Below are positions 46,327-57,531 of a stretch of DNA of 64,000 nt, one piece after another. A program made the position numbers and the translations under genes. The notes under the pieces were generated by a model. It had not been told where the DNA came from and searched no databases. It was given only the letters and a program-made list of their open reading frames with translations. The DNA lies in IMG/VR virus record IMGVR_UViG_3300032268_000832, positions 1-64,000 of that record, one strand, 5' to 3'. How positions within the stretch are numbered: the stretch's first letter is position 1; each line of letters opens with the position of its first letter.

Positions 46327-47595
46327 ATGAGCAATTACAGAAAAATAGCTGAACAAGCATTATTAAAATCACTAAACAGAAACAAATCAAAATTAAATGA
46401 AGGTGTTGTTTATGGTGATAATATAACAGAAAGAATGCACCCACAGTTAGAACAAGAATTAGCTGAAAGAAAACACTCGTTAGGTAAACACCCAGCTATA
46501 CCTGAGGGTGATGAAAATAACTTTGAACAAAAGATAATGGGTAAACGTTTCAGTGAAGTTGTTAACCGTTATAAACGCGCATTTGATGTTGATGAAATTG
46601 ATAACACTAAATTAATGTCACAAATGATGCCAATGGTTCACGAAACAATGGTTTTGGAAACTAAACACAAAAAAAACTTAGAAAAATTGGCTGAGAAAAT
46701 GATTCGCGATGAGTATGATATGCCAGAAGATATTGTTGAAATAAGAGCTACTTTGTCACCTAAGATTTCGTTAGAGGGTACTAAAAAACACCCAACACCT
46801 AAATCTAATGATTTTCAATTTGAAAGCCATGAAGATATGGTAAACGCAAAAGGTGAAATTTATAAAAGAAGATTTTTAAACGCAATGATTCAAGGTGCCG
46901 CGAAAAAAACAAATCATATGTTTCATATGGTTGATGATGAATTAACTAACATGGACCCAAGATTATTGAATCGTTATTCAAAGGTTATGTCGGCGGCTGA
47001 TTATATGTATTATGTTATACCTAAGATGGATAACGGTACCAGTGGTGGTGTTGTTAAGGTAACCTTCCCAACCGCTGATAACCCTAAGGCTGTTATTGAA
47101 GCTGAAGCTATGATTTTCCCAGTACTTATTCATGAACTAGTTAAAGGTGTTATGGAATTGTTATCAGCACATGGTTTACCTAAAGATAAAAAGTTAGGTG
47201 ATTATGTTGTTGATAAGGCAGATTTCTTATCAGCTGAACCATGGGATATGAGAATTGGACCAGCATTGTGGGATAGATTTACAGATTGTATTGATGCTGA
47301 CGATTTTAATTTAAAACATCAATTGTACATGGAGTTAGCTTCTATGCCAGTAAATGAATTCAATGAAAATATGAGAGAAATTTTAGCTGGTACAAACAAG
47401 GGTAAAAAAATGGTAAAAGAAATTATGAGTAGTGTTAAACAAGAACTACAAGAAGAAGAATTTGATAACGCTATGAATGAGTTAAATTCTAAAGAAGATA
47501 AAGAATATTACACATTAGATGAAATAATGTTTGGTAACGATATTGAACTGGATGAGGACGATGATGATGTCTTCAATAGTGATGATTTATTCTAA
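46327..47595 (+). CDS. conserved hypothetical late protein (422 aa)
   Basis: ORF; terminator 47598-47625. Confidence 0.85.
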   Translation: MSNYRKIAEQALLKSLNRNKSKLNEGVVYGDNITERMHPQLEQELAERKHSLGKHPAIPEGDENNFEQKIMGKRFSEVVNRYKRAFDVDEIDNTKLMSQMMPMVHETMVLETKHKKNLEKLAEKMIRDEYDMPEDIVEIRATLSPKISLEGTKKHPTPKSNDFQFESHEDMVNAKGEIYKRRFLNAMIQGAAKKTNHMFHMVDDELTNMDPRLLNRYSKVMSAADYMYYVIPKMDNGTSGGVVKVTFPTADNPKAVIEAEAMIFPVLIHELVKGVMELLSAHGLPKDKKLGDYVVDKADFLSAEPWDMRIGPALWDRFTDCIDADDFNLKHQLYMELASMPVNEFNENMREILAGTNKGKKMVKEIMSSVKQELQEEEFDNAMNELNSKEDKEYYTLDEIMFGNDIELDEDDDDVFNSDDLF

Positions 47596-47679
47596 GATAA
47601 GGGGCTTTTAGCCCCTTATTTATTTTAAAACCTTTATTTTACTTGATTTCAGCATATTTATAATATAAAAAGAAGAAAT

Positions 47680-49455
47680 ATGCTAACAGCACAAGAAATA
47701 TTTAAAGAGTATTCTAAATGTCTTATGAATCCAGTTTATGCGATTGAGAATTATTTAGAAACTTTTGATAAAACACAAGAAGGATTTGTACCTTTTAAAT
47801 TATTCCCTAGACAAAAGGAAATTATAGGTGCATATGAAAAACATAGATTTAATTTAGTTACTAAACCTCGACAAGCTGGTGTTTCGACTACAACCGCTGC
47901 TTATATGGCGATTAAAGTTGGTTGGGCTGATGAAGATAACCCAGAAGCTGTTTTGATTATTGCTAATAAGCAAGAATTAGCTTTTGAGTTTTTAGCTAAA
48001 ATTAAAGACTTTTTATCTCAATTACCTAGATGGGTTTGGGGTCACGAATACTACGGAAACCCTAAAAATGATGGTAAAACAATTTTCCTTACTGATTCTA
48101 AAAAAGAAATTAGATTACCTAATGGTAGTCGTGTTAAAGCAGTTGCAACATCTAAAGATGCCTTGCGTGGTTTTACACCTACGTTTCTTATTATGGATGA
48201 GGCTGCCTATATTGACAATGGTGCCGAAGTATTTGGTGCCGCTCTTACGGCATTAGGTACTGGGGGTAGAGCAACACTTATTTCTACACCTAACGGAATG
48301 GATTCTTTATATTTCAAAACTTACGACCAAGCTAAAACAAAAAAGAACAACTTTAATATCATTGAAATGAAATGGTATGAGGATTTGCGTTATAATAAAG
48401 ATTTAAGGTGGGTTAAGGGTGACGATGTAGAAAAAGAATTATATTTTTCATTTGAGTCTTACACAGCTAGGATTGAAGATGGGTGGAAACCTACATCTAC
48501 ATGGTACGAGCAAATGTGTATGGGTATGAACAATGATGCGCGTATGATTGCTCAAGAGCTTGATGTTTCATTTATAGGTTCTGGGGGTAATGTAATTAGT
48601 GAAGAATATATAGGTTTTCATGAAAAAAACAATGTGATTGAACCTAAGATTACTATGGGTCTTGAAAATGAAATATGGATTTGGGAAGAACCACAAGCTG
48701 GTCATCAATATATAATGGGTGTCGATGTATCTAGAGGTGATGGTGAAGATAGTTCTACGATAGTTATAATTGATTTCACTACTATGGAACAAGTCATGGA
48801 ATATCAAGGTAAAATACAACCAGATTTATTAGCTCAAATAGCAGAAGAATACGGTGAGTTATATGAAGCATATACTGTTGTCGATGTAACTGGAGGTATG
48901 GGTGTTTCAACTGTTCTTAAATTGTTGGAATTTAATTATAAGCGTTTGCATTATGATGACGCTAGTGGTAAAATATTATCAGCTAGACAAAGAGAATTAA
49001 CTAGTTATAATCAAAAGGATAAAATCCCAGGATTCCACGCCACAAATGTTCGTTTACCTATGATTTCAAATTTAGAATATAAAATTAGAACCAATGCTAT
49101 TAAAATTCGTTCTAGTAGACTTATTTCTGAAATGAAAACGTTTATTTATAAAAATGGTAGACCAGACCACATGGAAGGTTATCATGATGATTTACTTATG
49201 TCGTTAGCGATGTGTTTATGGGTTATGGAACATTCGTTTAAAAAATTAGAAAGACTAGAAAAACAAAATAAAGCAATTTTAAATAGTTGGTTGAATGGAG
49301 CTACTTCAAGTAGTTTACCTACCGTAACAGAAAGAGACCAAAATACTGGTGTTGTGACAAAAGTAGTTAACACTAACCACCCAGCTTATAAAAACGTTCA
49401 AGACCCTAGAGGTCAATATTCGTGGTTATTTTCTAAACCAGCAAATATGAGGTAA
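47680..49455 (+). CDS. terL: terminase large subunit (T4 gp17-like)
   Basis: KPRQAGVST, LIMDEAA, LISTPNG, nuclease MGVDVSRG.G.DSS, HDDLLMS. Confidence 0.95.
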   Translation: MLTAQEIFKEYSKCLMNPVYAIENYLETFDKTQEGFVPFKLFPRQKEIIGAYEKHRFNLVTKPRQAGVSTTTAAYMAIKVGWADEDNPEAVLIIANKQELAFEFLAKIKDFLSQLPRWVWGHEYYGNPKNDGKTIFLTDSKKEIRLPNGSRVKAVATSKDALRGFTPTFLIMDEAAYIDNGAEVFGAALTALGTGGRATLISTPNGMDSLYFKTYDQAKTKKNNFNIIEMKWYEDLRYNKDLRWVKGDDVEKELYFSFESYTARIEDGWKPTSTWYEQMCMGMNNDARMIAQELDVSFIGSGGNVISEEYIGFHEKNNVIEPKITMGLENEIWIWEEPQAGHQYIMGVDVSRGDGEDSSTIVIIDFTTMEQVMEYQGKIQPDLLAQIAEEYGELYEAYTVVDVTGGMGVSTVLKLLEFNYKRLHYDDASGKILSARQRELTSYNQKDKIPGFHATNVRLPMISNLEYKIRTNAIKIRSSRLISEMKTFIYKNGRPDHMEGYHDDLLMSLAMCLWVMEHSFKKLERLEKQNKAILNSWLNGATSSSLPTVTERDQNTGVVTKVVNTNHPAYKNVQDPRGQYSWLFSKPANMR

Positions 49456-49504
49456 TAACTATTTAATTTTACAATAAATTTAATATATTAAAATAAAAAA
49501 TACT

Positions 49505-51577
49505 ATGGCAAAAGATAATTTAACAATATTTCAAAAATTAAACAGAGTTGTTAACCCTGATTATAATCCACCACAAAAACAAACAACACAAAGATTTAAT
49601 TTGGGTGGTAATGAATTGCTTAAAACTACTAGCAAACAAGAATATGAAACAGCAAAATTACAAGCTCAACAAAATAAGTATTTACAAAGTACTTGGAAAC
49701 GTGTTGAAAATGGTTTGTTTCAACAATCTATAAATTACGAAACTACACGTGTTGGTTCTTACGCTGATTTTGAAGCCATGGAATTTTACCCAACAATCGC
49801 AGCCGCTTTAGACGTAATGATGGAAGAATCAACTACTGTTAATGACAGAGGTAGAGTTCTTAACATTTATTCTGATAGTAAGCGTGTTAAGGGTATCCTT
49901 GAAGATTTATTCTTTAACCGTTTGGATTTACATACTACATTACCTATGTGGACAAGAAATACATGTAAATACGGTGATAATTTTGTTTATTTGAATATCA
50001 ACGATAGACAAGGTATTATTTCCGCAAAACAAATGCCTAACTACGAGATAGAACGTAGAGAAGCTGGTTTATATGATTTAGTTAGCGGTAGAGAATATTC
50101 TGACGACCAATCTGAAAATAGAGATAGAGTTAAATTTTACTGGAGAGGGCGAGACGTTGAATTTAATTCATGGCAAATTGCACATTTTCGTTTGTTAGGT
50201 GATGACAGACGTTTACCATACGGTACCAGTGTTTTAGAGAAAGCTAGACGTATTTGGAAACAACTTATCTTATCTGAAGATTCAATGCTTGTATATCGTG
50301 TTACTAGAGCACCAGAAAGACGTGTTTATAAAATATATGTAGGTAACATTGATGACGCTGATGTTGAACAATATGTAAACGCTATTGCTGATAGATTTAA
50401 GCGTATGCCAATTGTTGACCCTCAAACTGGTCAAATTGATTTAAGATATAATCAGCTTTCTAATGACCAAGATTTCTTTATCCCAGTTAGGGATGAAAGC
50501 GCACCTAACCCAATTGATACGTTGCCTGGAGCTTCAAACTTAGACCAAATTGCAGATATTGAATACTTACAGAGAAATTTATTTACAGCGTTGCGAGTAC
50601 CGAAACCATTTTTAGGTTTCGAAGAAGCAACTGGAGAGGGTAAAAATCTTGCTTTACAAGATATTCGTTTTTCGAGAACAATTAACCGTATTCAACAATC
50701 TATGTTACAAGAACTAAATAAATTAGCAATTATTCATTTATTCTTATTAGGTTTTGAAGATGATTTAGATAACTTTACACTTACGTTAAATAACCCATCC
50801 ACACAAGCTGAAATGCTTAAGGTTGAACATATGCAGGTAAAAGTTTCACTAGTTAAAGATTCTGTATCTGATATTGGTAACGGATTTGGTGTTATGTCAT
50901 GGACTAGAGCTCATAGAGATATATTGGGTTGGTCTGACGATGAAATTAAACAAGATTTACTAGAACAACGAATGGAAAAAGCAGCATCCGCTGAATTACA
51001 AAATACATCAGCTGTTATTAAACATACTGGTATGTTTGACGCTGTTGATAAAATATATGGTGATTACCAAGCAGCTCTTAAAGGTGCTCAAGGTGGTGAT
51101 GAAGCTGGCGCTGAAGGCGGCGGTGGAGGTGGTAGCTTTGGAGGCGGCGGTGGAGGCGGCTTCGGAGGTGGTGGTCTAGGTGGTGAAGATTTAGACTTTG
51201 GAGCAGAAGCTGGTGGTGAAGACGCAGAAGCTGGTGGTGACACAGGTGATTTTGGAGCAGAAGCTGGTGCAGAAGAACCTGCGGCTGGAGCTGAGACAAC
51301 ACCTGATGCTGGTACAACACCTGAAACACCAGAAGCTTTATCGGAATCATTAAATAAAACACAAAAACTTTTAAGTGAACAAAAAATAAAATTAGAAAAT
51401 CAATTAAAAGTAAGGGCTGAAAAATATCAAAAAAGATTTGTTGATGTGTTGGTAGAGTCGGTTAAAAAAAATGACAAAGAACATGATGTTAGAGTTAAAA
51501 TTTACGATAAAAACGTAAAGATTAACGAAGATGTTAATAATATGATAAATGACATAAATAAAATGTTAGATGAATAA
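49505..51577 (+). CDS. gp20: portal vertex protein (T4 gp20-like) with Gly/Glu-rich C-terminal extension
   Basis: LSEDSMLVYRVTRAPERRVYKIYVGN...IDTLPGASNL..I.DIEYLQRNLFTALRVP. Confidence 0.93.
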   Translation: MAKDNLTIFQKLNRVVNPDYNPPQKQTTQRFNLGGNELLKTTSKQEYETAKLQAQQNKYLQSTWKRVENGLFQQSINYETTRVGSYADFEAMEFYPTIAAALDVMMEESTTVNDRGRVLNIYSDSKRVKGILEDLFFNRLDLHTTLPMWTRNTCKYGDNFVYLNINDRQGIISAKQMPNYEIERREAGLYDLVSGREYSDDQSENRDRVKFYWRGRDVEFNSWQIAHFRLLGDDRRLPYGTSVLEKARRIWKQLILSEDSMLVYRVTRAPERRVYKIYVGNIDDADVEQYVNAIADRFKRMPIVDPQTGQIDLRYNQLSNDQDFFIPVRDESAPNPIDTLPGASNLDQIADIEYLQRNLFTALRVPKPFLGFEEATGEGKNLALQDIRFSRTINRIQQSMLQELNKLAIIHLFLLGFEDDLDNFTLTLNNPSTQAEMLKVEHMQVKVSLVKDSVSDIGNGFGVMSWTRAHRDILGWSDDEIKQDLLEQRMEKAASAELQNTSAVIKHTGMFDAVDKIYGDYQAALKGAQGGDEAGAEGGGGGGSFGGGGGGGFGGGGLGGEDLDFGAEAGGEDAEAGGDTGDFGAEAGAEEPAAGAETTPDAGTTPETPEALSESLNKTQKLLSEQKIKLENQLKVRAEKYQKRFVDVLVESVKKNDKEHDVRVKIYDKNVKINEDVNNMINDINKMLDE

Positions 51578-51621
51578 GCTTTTTGCTTAAATCTACCATA
51601 TTTATTAATAAAAAATTAGTT

Positions 51622-52404
51622 ATGCAAAATTTTGGAAAAATAAAAAACGCTTTTAGTGAAATAATTGCAGAAGGGATAGTTTCAAACGATGAATCTAAAA
51701 AGATACTCTTCAAAAAATATATAAAAACACTTAGAGAAAACAAAGCGTTAAAAACACAATTTTTGGTTTACGAAAATATCGAAAATAAAATTGAATCTAA
51801 TAGAGAAAAAGCTACAGAATTTGTTAAAGAAAATATAGCTTTATTAAACCAATTTTCAAAAAAAGAATTACAAGAAGCTAATTTAAAGTTAGCTAAACCA
51901 ATTTTATTTGAAGATAGTTCTGTGATTTCTAATGATACTGAAAAGTTACATGAGGATATTTCTAAATTAATTTTTACCGAAAGAAGTCCTAAGAATATTG
52001 ATACTATAATTGAAGCTATTTCAGATATTGTTGATTACATTCTTGCAAATAAAGAAAAAGTGGTAACAGAATCTTATGGTGTTCCAAATAGTATGTTAAG
52101 TTCTATTCTTGTTGAAAAATATAATGAGAAATATAGTGAATCAATAACTGAAACTGAAAAAGAAGTTATTACTGTTTTAATTGAATCTACTGATGAAGAG
52201 AAAATAGAAGTGTATTCAAAAATATCTAGAGAATGTATTGATTTAATTGATAATAAATTAACAGAATCGGATTTAGAAACAAAAGACAAATTGTTACGTG
52301 TTAAAGATAAATTATTAAGAGACAAAGTGGAGTTAAATGAAGATTTTTCTAAAAACATATCTAAATTAGTTAGTTTAAAATTAACTTTAAATAACGATAA
52401 CTAA
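51622..52404 (+). CDS. helical head-assembly region protein (start corrected)
   Basis: Late promoter at 51598; charged helical protein. Confidence 0.8.
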   Translation: MQNFGKIKNAFSEIIAEGIVSNDESKKILFKKYIKTLRENKALKTQFLVYENIENKIESNREKATEFVKENIALLNQFSKKELQEANLKLAKPILFEDSSVISNDTEKLHEDISKLIFTERSPKNIDTIIEAISDIVDYILANKEKVVTESYGVPNSMLSSILVEKYNEKYSESITETEKEVITVLIESTDEEKIEVYSKISRECIDLIDNKLTESDLETKDKLLRVKDKLLRDKVELNEDFSKNISKLVSLKLTLNNDN

Positions 52405-52415
52405 ACATAAAAAGT

Positions 52416-52640
52416 ATGGGCGAGTTTCAAATGTCACCAAGTGAGAATATCTTAAAATTAAGAAAATTAACAGAAGAAATTTGTAATATAGAACCATCTG
52501 GGGACTGTGTTATTGAAAAATTGAGAACCGCAATTAAGAACGGTACTGAGGATATTTTATCTTCAAAAACGGAAAGAACAAAATTAAAATATTACGAAAA
52601 AATGTTTTCAGAAATTAAAACAATTATAAGCGAAAATTAA
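52416..52640 (+). CDS. hypothetical protein (74 aa)
   Basis: ORF track. Confidence 0.65.
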   Translation: MGEFQMSPSENILKLRKLTEEICNIEPSGDCVIEKLRTAIKNGTEDILSSKTERTKLKYYEKMFSEIKTIISEN

Positions 52641-52651
52641 TTAAAAATAAA

Positions 52652-52993
52652 ATGGCAGAAAATAAAGATACTTGGGCTGATTATAGTAAATTGGTGTTGA
52701 AAGAATTGGAGCGTTTGAATGAGAACCATGAAAAAATGCGTACTGATTTTGATAGTAGACTAAACGAGATGAATCTTAAATTAAACGATGTTAAGGGTAT
52801 TGAGAAATCTGTTAATCAAAACACCGATTGGATTCAAAAAGTTAATGAAATTTGGTCTCCAACTCAAATGAAAGAAGCTAAAGACGAATTATATAGACAA
52901 AAAAATCGTTGGGTCGCTGCAATTGCTATTATGTCTTTTATTCAAATTATTGTTGGTATTATAATATCGATTTGGGGTAAAATGGGGCATTAA
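52652..52993 (+). CDS. coiled-coil + C-terminal TM protein (holin-like)
   Basis: WVAAIAIMSFIQIIVGIIISIW helix after a heptad coil. Confidence 0.55.
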   Translation: MAENKDTWADYSKLVLKELERLNENHEKMRTDFDSRLNEMNLKLNDVKGIEKSVNQNTDWIQKVNEIWSPTQMKEAKDELYRQKNRWVAAIAIMSFIQIIVGIIISIWGKMGH

Positions 52994-53048
52994 GATGTGG
53001 TATTGACTTTTACCAGGTGTTTCATTATATTTGTATTAAAATACGAAT

Positions 53049-53534
53049 ATGAAATCAGGTAAACAAATTAAAGTCCAAGACCAACAAAATTATAACATAA
53101 CTTACGGTTGTGTAGATAATAAAAACCCTAAATCAATATATGTAAATATTACAGCGTGGTTAGAACCATTATCAGAAAACGAAGAAGATTATAATAAGAT
53201 TATAAAAAATCTTAATAAAAAAATTAGACAAAACCTTTATAATTTTTTATCTTCAGATAAATCAACAATTTTTTTAAAAGATAAGACTATTGTTGATTTA
53301 GATTTAAGAGAATCTGGTATTAAATTTGGGAAGAGGAGTTTCATGAGTTGTGAAATAACTTTATTTCAAAATGGTGAAATTTCCATAAATTCAGAATTAA
53401 TGAAACAAAATTTAAACAACGTTTCTTCTTTAATAATAGATAGAACATTTAATGAAGATAAGGACTTTAGATTCCATAAAAAAAAAATAATCAAATTTAA
53501 ACCCAGCAGTTGCTGGGTTTTTTTATTTAATTAA
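53049..53534 (+). CDS. hypothetical protein (C-terminus uncertain at A10 run)
   Basis: Host-type promoter at ~53027; ORF reads into the terminator at 53499-53520. Confidence 0.7.
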   Translation: MKSGKQIKVQDQQNYNITYGCVDNKNPKSIYVNITAWLEPLSENEEDYNKIIKNLNKKIRQNLYNFLSSDKSTIFLKDKTIVDLDLRESGIKFGKRSFMSCEITLFQNGEISINSELMKQNLNNVSSLIIDRTFNEDKDFRFHKKKIIKFKPSSCWVFLFN

Positions 53535-53562
53535 CATATTTATATCTATAAGAGTTTAAACT

Positions 53563-54288
53563 ATGGATATAAATTATAAAAATTTTAAGATATTAAAAAG
53601 AGGTGAAACTGGTTGGGGTGGCCTTATAGAGCATGACGCTGGTTATATATCACCTGATGAACCTAGAAACCAACCTTTCATAAACGAAATAAAAAAATTA
53701 GATACTGGAAATAAATTAGCCATTGTTGAACCTTTGATTGTTTATGTAGTGCTTCAAAAATACGGAATCCTAAACCGTAACGGTAGAGTATACCCAGAAG
53801 CTATTCTAAAATCACAAGACAAATTATACCAACAAGCCATAAAAGAGCGTAGAGCTGTAGGTGAATTAGACCACCCAGAATCTTCTATTATCGCTGGCGA
53901 TAGAATTTCACACAATATTATTGAAACTTGGTGGGAAGGTCATACACTTATGGGTAAGATGGAAATCTTAATGACACCAGGTTTTATAAACTACGGTATT
54001 GTATCAACCAAAGGTGATGAAGTAGCAAATTTATTAAGAAACAGAATTAAAATTGGTGTTTCTTCTAGAGGTGTAGGTTCATTAAAAGAAGGTAAAAACG
54101 GTGAACAAATTGTGCAAGACGATTTTGAAATAATTTGTTGGGATGTGGTTACAGCTCCATCAACACCAGATGCATGGATTGGTCGTAGTGCTGAAGAAAT
54201 GAGACCTTATGTTGAAAACGTAGAAGTTAAAAAACCAATTATAAAAGAAAATTTTAACGATAACTTAGATAAATTTTTATTAGAATAA
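53563..54288 (+). CDS. gp21: prohead core protease (T4 gp21-like)
   Basis: NRNGRVYP, GELDHP, SH.I, GVSSRGVGS, WDVVTAPSTPDA. Confidence 0.93.
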   Translation: MDINYKNFKILKRGETGWGGLIEHDAGYISPDEPRNQPFINEIKKLDTGNKLAIVEPLIVYVVLQKYGILNRNGRVYPEAILKSQDKLYQQAIKERRAVGELDHPESSIIAGDRISHNIIETWWEGHTLMGKMEILMTPGFINYGIVSTKGDEVANLLRNRIKIGVSSRGVGSLKEGKNGEQIVQDDFEIICWDVVTAPSTPDAWIGRSAEEMRPYVENVEVKKPIIKENFNDNLDKFLLE

Positions 54289-54408
54289 AAATATTTATTT
54301 ATTTTTTTTAATCAAAAATTGATTTTTGTTAAAAACACGCATATTTATTAACAAATGGGGTCAAACTCATGTTATTAATTTAATAAAAAAAACTTAATTA
54401 AAAAACAA

Positions 54409-55647
54409 ATGGCAGATAAAAAATCTATACTTGAAGAAGCACTTTTAGATATTAACCATATCAAAAATGCTCTTAATGCCAATACCAAAGAAATACTTCG
54501 TTCTGTTGCGAAAGAAGAAATTAACGGTGTTGTGAAAGAGTCTCTAGAAGAAGAGGCTTATGAAGAAGAAGACTTAGGTGGACCAATGGATGACATGGGT
54601 GCGCCAAGCGAAGAAGAAGGTGATATTGAAGTTGGAGGTTTTGAAGACGAAGAAGGTCTTGAAGACGAAATGGGAATGGATGATATTGAATCATCAGACG
54701 AACTTGATATGACTGGAGCATCAGATGATGAAGTTATTGCTATTTACAAAAAAATGAGTGGTGATGATGAAATCGAAATTGTTGGCGATGAATTACGCTT
54801 AAACATTAGCGAACCAGGAGAATATGTAGTTAAACTTAACGGTGCTGACAACATGGGTGGTGAAGACGAAGAAGATGAATTAGAATTAGAACCAGCTGAC
54901 GATATGTTAGGTGATGATGAAGAAGATTTAGATATCGACATCGAAGACACTGATGAAGAAGGTGACGAAGAAGATTTTGACTATGAAATCGAAATGGGTG
55001 ACGAAGATGAGTCTGAAGAAGACGAAGAATCTGACGAATTCGAAGCTGGTGAAGAAGAAGAAGAAGAAGAAGAAGAATCTGAAGAAGAAGAAGAAGAATT
55101 GGAAGAATCTTTAGGTTACACTAGAGGTTATGCTGGTAGACAAGGTGCTAGAAAAAGTGGTGCTGCTCATTTACCAAAACCAAAAGCTGAAAGTGTAAAC
55201 GAAACAGTTATGGCAAAAAAATTAGTTTCTGAAACTGCTAAAAGATATAATAGCTTATTAACTGAAGCTACTAAACTTAAAGCTGAAAATGTTGAATTTA
55301 GAAAAGCTCTTAAAGAGTTTAGAACTAAATTAGTAGAAACAGTCGTTTTCAACAGCAATTTAACTTACGTAACTAAATTGTTTATGGAGCACTCAACTAC
55401 AAAAGGTGAAAAAGATTCAATCCTTAAAAGATTTGATGATGTAACTAGCCTTAAAGAATCAAAAAAACTTTATAGAACTATTGCGAATGAATTGGAAGAT
55501 AGAAAACCAATTTCAGAATCTTTAGAAAATAAAATAATTAAAGAAGCTACTAGTGGTGTTTCAAAACAAATTGTAGAAAACACTGCATATGTAGACCCTT
55601 CAACAAAGAGAATCATGGATTTGATTAGCAGAGTTGAAAAAAGATAA
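54409..55647 (+). CDS. prohead core scaffold protein
   Basis: Extremely acidic centre, coiled-coil C-terminus; lies between protease and capsid. Confidence 0.8.
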   Translation: MADKKSILEEALLDINHIKNALNANTKEILRSVAKEEINGVVKESLEEEAYEEEDLGGPMDDMGAPSEEEGDIEVGGFEDEEGLEDEMGMDDIESSDELDMTGASDDEVIAIYKKMSGDDEIEIVGDELRLNISEPGEYVVKLNGADNMGGEDEEDELELEPADDMLGDDEEDLDIDIEDTDEEGDEEDFDYEIEMGDEDESEEDEESDEFEAGEEEEEEEEESEEEEEELEESLGYTRGYAGRQGARKSGAAHLPKPKAESVNETVMAKKLVSETAKRYNSLLTEATKLKAENVEFRKALKEFRTKLVETVVFNSNLTYVTKLFMEHSTTKGEKDSILKRFDDVTSLKESKKLYRTIANELEDRKPISESLENKIIKEATSGVSKQIVENTAYVDPSTKRIMDLISRVEKR

Positions 55648-55680
55648 TAATAATAAAACAAAATAAAAACTTAAAAAACT

Positions 55681-57510
55681 ATGTCACATTTATTGACTTC
55701 AGGACAAGTTGGTAACATCGGATTAAACCACATGAAGGCTATCCGTTTGGAAACACAACAAAAATGGGATTCTTTAGGGTTCTTAGACGGACTTAAAGGC
55801 CATGTAAAAGAAAATATCGCTCAGTTATATGAAAACCAAGCTTCTAGCTTGTTAACTGAAGCTACTACAGCTAATTCATCAGGTTCTTTCGAAACTGTTG
55901 TATTCCCAATTGTAAGAAGAGTTTTCTCTAAATTATTAGCTAATGACGTTGTATCTGTACAAGCTATGAACATGCCAATCGGTAAATTGTTCTTCTTTGT
56001 GCCGTTAACTTCAGAGCGTGTAAACGCTTCTGGTCAAGGTGGTGACCCATATGTTGACGGTGCTCAATATTCTGCTCACACTTCATTTGCAAATTACGGT
56101 TTACCTTCATGTGTTCAAACAACTGATGGTTGCGCTGTAACTCAGTGGATGGGTAAAAACTTATACGATTTATTCTACAATGATGGTTTGTTTGATAACT
56201 CTAAAGGTACGCTTACTATTAACACTGTATCTAATTTAAAAGTATATACATTATTAACTGGTGGTACTTTCTCAATAGTAACTGGTGGTTCAACTGTATT
56301 ACCAATCGCTGCTGATGGTTCAGTTAGAAACGTAATTGTTGCTCTTTCTGGTTTCTCAGCTGGTGCTGGTACTAATGGTAGAGAAGTATTGACAGGTCCT
56401 GATGGAAACGCTATGGATACTGAATCATTCTTAGCTTCATTAAAAGTTGTTGCTCCTGCTACATTATTAGATAGAGATGGTAACGCTGTTATCGGTATTG
56501 GTCAAGAAGTTCCTTTTAGACTTGTTACTCAAAGATATGGTGTTGGTATCGTAACTGGTCCAAACGTTGTTACCGATGGTAACGGTGTATGTTGGTTAGA
56601 ATTAGATTTAACTCACCCAGTTGGAACAACTGCTGTTGCTGGTGCTGCTGCTGCTGGTACAGCTACTTACGATGGTTATGTTGGTGCTTCTGCAACTACA
56701 TTTAGTTCATTCTCTGCTTTTACAGCTGCTTACGCTACTTATGCTAGTTTAGAGTTCGAAACAGAAATGGGTGAAGTATCATTCAGACTTGATGAAGTTG
56801 TTGTTTCTGTAGAAGAAAGAAAATTAAGAGCTACATGGTCTCCAGAGTTAGCGCAAGACGTTAGTGCATTCCACAACATCGACGCTGAAGCTGAATTAAC
56901 TGCAATGCTTTCTGAGCAAGTTGCTGCTGAAATTGACCGTGAAATCCTTAGAGATTTACGTAAAGCTGCTGCATGGCAATTACGTTGGGATTACAATGGA
57001 TGGAGAAAAGCTTCTTCTGCTGCGAGCCCATATACTCAAAAAGAGTGGAACCAAACTTTAATTACTAAATTAAACCAAATTTCAGCTCAAATCCATAAAT
57101 CTACACTTAGAGGTGGTGCTAACTTCATCGTTGTATCTTCAGAGATTTCTGCAATCTTCGACGATTTAGAATACTTCCACGTGTCAGACGCTAACCCAGA
57201 GCAAGACCAATACAACATGGGTATTGAGAGAATCGGTTCATTAGGTGGTAGATATCAAGTATATCGTGACCCATATGCACCAGCATACTCAATCATCATC
57301 GGTCACAAAGGGAAATCATTATTGGATACTGGATACATCTACGCTCCGTATGTGCCATTACAGTTGACTCCAACAATGTATAACCCATTCAACTTCGCTC
57401 CAGTGAAAGGTATCATGACTCGTTACGCTAAAAAAGTGGTTAACAACAGATTCTACGGACACTTGAGAGTTGACGGTGTACAAACATTCAACATCAACGA
57501 ATTAAGATAA
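55681..57510 (+). CDS. gp23: major capsid protein (T4 gp23-like)
   Basis: PIVRRVF..LLANDVVSVQAM; RKLRATWSPELAQDV.AFHNIDAEAEL; YAPYVPL; GIMTRY. Confidence 0.96.
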   Translation: MSHLLTSGQVGNIGLNHMKAIRLETQQKWDSLGFLDGLKGHVKENIAQLYENQASSLLTEATTANSSGSFETVVFPIVRRVFSKLLANDVVSVQAMNMPIGKLFFFVPLTSERVNASGQGGDPYVDGAQYSAHTSFANYGLPSCVQTTDGCAVTQWMGKNLYDLFYNDGLFDNSKGTLTINTVSNLKVYTLLTGGTFSIVTGGSTVLPIAADGSVRNVIVALSGFSAGAGTNGREVLTGPDGNAMDTESFLASLKVVAPATLLDRDGNAVIGIGQEVPFRLVTQRYGVGIVTGPNVVTDGNGVCWLELDLTHPVGTTAVAGAAAAGTATYDGYVGASATTFSSFSAFTAAYATYASLEFETEMGEVSFRLDEVVVSVEERKLRATWSPELAQDVSAFHNIDAEAELTAMLSEQVAAEIDREILRDLRKAAAWQLRWDYNGWRKASSAASPYTQKEWNQTLITKLNQISAQIHKSTLRGGANFIVVSSEISAIFDDLEYFHVSDANPEQDQYNMGIERIGSLGGRYQVYRDPYAPAYSIIIGHKGKSLLDTGYIYAPYVPLQLTPTMYNPFNFAPVKGIMTRYAKKVVNNRFYGHLRVDGVQTFNINELR

Positions 57511-57531
57511 TCATAATCTTATATAAATTTA

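Noticed and set aside
53478-53534. Third programmed frameshift at an A10 run
   Set aside because: No downstream ORF to join; A9 would give FHKKK-stop before the terminator, so an indel or assembly slip is likelier. This is also a caution for the other homopolymer-based calls
51090-55100. GGC/GGT and GAA triplet runs as DNA repeats
   Set aside because: Explained by Gly-rich portal tail and Glu-rich scaffold coding
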